Positions 4,666 through 5,946 of a stretch of 5,946 nt of DNA are shown here, piece by piece. The stretch is from positions 1 through 5,946 of the IMG/VR virus record IMGVR_UViG_3300020030_000139. One strand, given 5' to 3'. A program made the position numbers and the translations under genes. Source of the stretch: a virus. Under the pieces are notes generated by a model. That model saw nothing but the letters and a program-made list of their open reading frames with translations, was not told the DNA's origin and searched no databases. How positions within the stretch are numbered: the first letter of the stretch is position 1; every line of letters begins with the position of its first letter.

Positions 4666-5925
4666 ATGCCTGTTCCTGCAATTTTCGGACAATTAGGCGC
4701 ATCGGCTGCCTCCAGTGCTGCTTCTTCGTTTGGCAGCTCCGCTGGTTCCGGCCTTGGCAACGCCTTATTTGGTGGCATTGCGGCCAAGCGTCAGTGGAAG
4801 TACGCTCAAAAGCAAATGGCTTTGCAGCAACAGTATGCTCTTGAACAGATGGCCAAAAGCGCTGAGTATCAGTTGAAGCACGATAAATCGATGTTTGATT
4901 ATGAGAATGCCTATAACGATCCGTCTAAAGTGTTCGAACGCTTCGCTAAGGCTGGCATCAATCCTGCTGCGGCTCTTGGTCAATCCGGAGCATCTGTTGG
5001 TGCTACGATCGGTACGGGTTCCGGTTCGGCACCTTCTGCTGGTGGACCTTCGGCCAGTGGTTCCATCGGCTCGGCTCCCGCTTTTTCAGGTGATCCCACG
5101 GCTATTGCTCAGAATGCTTTGATGGATGCAACAAAACGAAAGGCGCAGGAAGATGCCCGGCTTTCTGCTGCAGAAGCCACGAGGATCGAGCGCGAGACCC
5201 AAGGTGAGGATCATTACCGGCAGATGGCCGATCTCTCTCGGCAACTCCTTCAATATAAGGTTACCGACCAGAAGGCTATAGCGGCCTATGATGACGCTCT
5301 TGCTCGTATTCAGCAATCCATTGCTCAGTATTCCGATCTGACCGCTACTTACCAATTTCAGCAGGTTGTTTCTGACTACGCTCGCTCGGTTGAGGAGTAC
5401 AGACATCTTAAGGCTCTCAATGACGCAGAGATTCCAGTCATGGAGCAGATGGTGGCTGCTAATCTCTCTCTGATGCTTGCCCAAGCTTTCGCCGCTAATT
5501 CTCGCGGTTCCCTTGACCGGCTCCTCGGTGAGCAGGCAAAGATCAATCTTGCGGACCTTGAGAATTGGTTTTCAGTGAATTGGACGACTCCTGTGGACGT
5601 TCCAGAGGTGGATGAAAAAGGTCGCCCTACTGGAGAGACTCGGAAAATGACCGGTAAGGATATTCAAAAGTACCTCCTCGGTCTCAGTGCCGCGTCGGCC
5701 GGTCAGGAGCTCCCTGCTAATTGGTTCAATATCAGGTCGCAAAAAAATCAATTCGGTTATTCAATGGCGAAGACTGTGATTGCAGCGGCCGCAGCCGCTG
5801 TTGTGACACGCGGGCGTGGCTCTGCTGCGCCCTCCGATTTCGTTCAGACGACCTCTCATTCGGACAGATACGGAGAATTCATTGGAGGTACTTCAGTGCG
5901 AAGGAGTTATATTCCTCGTAGGTAA
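4666..5925 (+). CDS. VP2: Minor capsid / DNA pilot protein (Microviridae VP2, phiX174 H-like role), 419 aa
   Basis: Gly/Ser/Ala-rich N-terminus (GASAASSAASSFGSSAGSGLGNALFGG). The block YNDPSKVFERFAKAGINPAAALG resembles the conserved (A/S)G(L/I)NP region I recall in VP2 proteins. It also has a second G/S/A-rich linker, a long Q/A/E/R-rich predicted coiled coil, an Ala-rich hydrophobic segment (TVIAAAAAAVV) and a basic tail (RRSYIPRR). Confidence 0.82.
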   Translation: MPVPAIFGQLGASAASSAASSFGSSAGSGLGNALFGGIAAKRQWKYAQKQMALQQQYALEQMAKSAEYQLKHDKSMFDYENAYNDPSKVFERFAKAGINPAAALGQSGASVGATIGTGSGSAPSAGGPSASGSIGSAPAFSGDPTAIAQNALMDATKRKAQEDARLSAAEATRIERETQGEDHYRQMADLSRQLLQYKVTDQKAIAAYDDALARIQQSIAQYSDLTATYQFQQVVSDYARSVEEYRHLKALNDAEIPVMEQMVAANLSLMLAQAFAANSRGSLDRLLGEQAKINLADLENWFSVNWTTPVDVPEVDEKGRPTGETRKMTGKDIQKYLLGLSAASAGQELPANWFNIRSQKNQFGYSMAKTVIAAAAAAVVTRGRGSAAPSDFVQTTSHSDRYGEFIGGTSVRRSYIPRR

Positions 5926-5946
5926 AAATTTTCAAAAGACTTGCAA
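5826..5946. repeat. Terminal redundancy, copy B (identical to 1-121)
   Basis: Exact 121-nt identity with the window start, checked base by base. Confidence 0.97.

Larger units (their letters stand above)
1..5825 (+). mobile_element. Complete circular Microviridae (ssDNA phage) genome unit, 5825 nt
   Basis: The window ends repeat exactly (1-121 = 5826-5946). The gene set is VP4 replication initiator + VP1 major capsid + VP2 pilot, all on one strand. Packing is tight, with 2-nt gaps and 1-8-nt overlaps. The size is typical of the family. Confidence 0.85.

Noticed and set aside
202-5484. All minus-strand ORFs in the track (202-435, 612-842, 1070-1282, 1908-2249, 2355-2537, 3099-3302, 3828-4130, 3947-4252, 4765-4983, 5086-5484)
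   Set aside because: Each lies antisense to a well-supported + strand gene. The partial exception is 3947-4252, which extends into the intergenic region. Microviridae transcribe a single strand. The translations are low-complexity or Arg/Ser/Leu-rich with no motifs, and lengths of 60-132 aa are within what antisense frames give by chance.
972-5921. Same-strand alternative-frame ORFs inside VP4, VP1 and VP2 (972-1406, 2398-2700, 2977-3264, 3334-3627, 4530-4844, 4895-5122, 5721-5921)
   Set aside because: Most are in the +1 frame of the host gene, which is systematically stop-poor here because of T/C-ending codon preference. Their Ser/Arg/Leu-rich composition is what that frame produces. Nothing distinguishes them individually. 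The two with a functional-looking composition are listed as low-interest findings instead.
1-5946. tRNA, rRNA, CRISPR arrays, integrase/transposase, toxin-antitoxin or defence-system genes
   Set aside because: There are no spaced direct-repeat arrays, no cloverleaf-capable conserved tRNA boxes that I could see, and no ORF large enough or with motifs for these functions. The genome is fully accounted for by seven phage ORFs and three short intergenic regions.

Overview
This window is one complete, circularly closed genome of a small ssDNA phage of the family Microviridae, plus a wrap-around. Positions 1-121 are base-for-base identical to 5826-5946, so the genome unit is 5825 nt. All credible genes lie on the + strand and are tightly packed. 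In circular order they are: VP2-like pilot/minor capsid protein (4666-5925, with its 3' end duplicated at 1-100), an acidic 112-aa orphan (193-531), a basic 73-aa orphan (654-875), the rolling-circle replication initiator VP4 (875-1933), the major capsid protein VP1 (1926-3755), an acidic 107-aa protein (3758-4081), a 330-nt structured non-coding region (4082-4411), and a small membrane or lipoprotein-like ORF (4412-4663). The three core genes are recognised from motifs I read in the translations; no homology search was possible. These motifs are HUH and a two-tyrosine motif in the replication protein, a capsid-like 'FWVP' block in VP1, and an 'AGINP' block plus coiled coil in VP2. No start codon has a Shine-Dalgarno sequence. 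Together with the 5.8-kb size and a capsid protein of about 610 aa, this points away from classical gokushoviruses and toward an Alpavirinae-like or other uncultured microvirus of a Bacteroidota-type host; this is inference. The most interesting items are the small N-terminally anchored membrane/lipoprotein ORF (a candidate lysis or superinfection-exclusion factor), the structured intergenic region, and an exact in-frame 15-nt duplication in the acidic 107-aa protein. The intergenic region holds a tandem repeat, a strong hairpin and a motif matching the phiX174 origin nick site at 10 of 11 positions. I found no rRNA, tRNA, CRISPR array, transposase or integrase.
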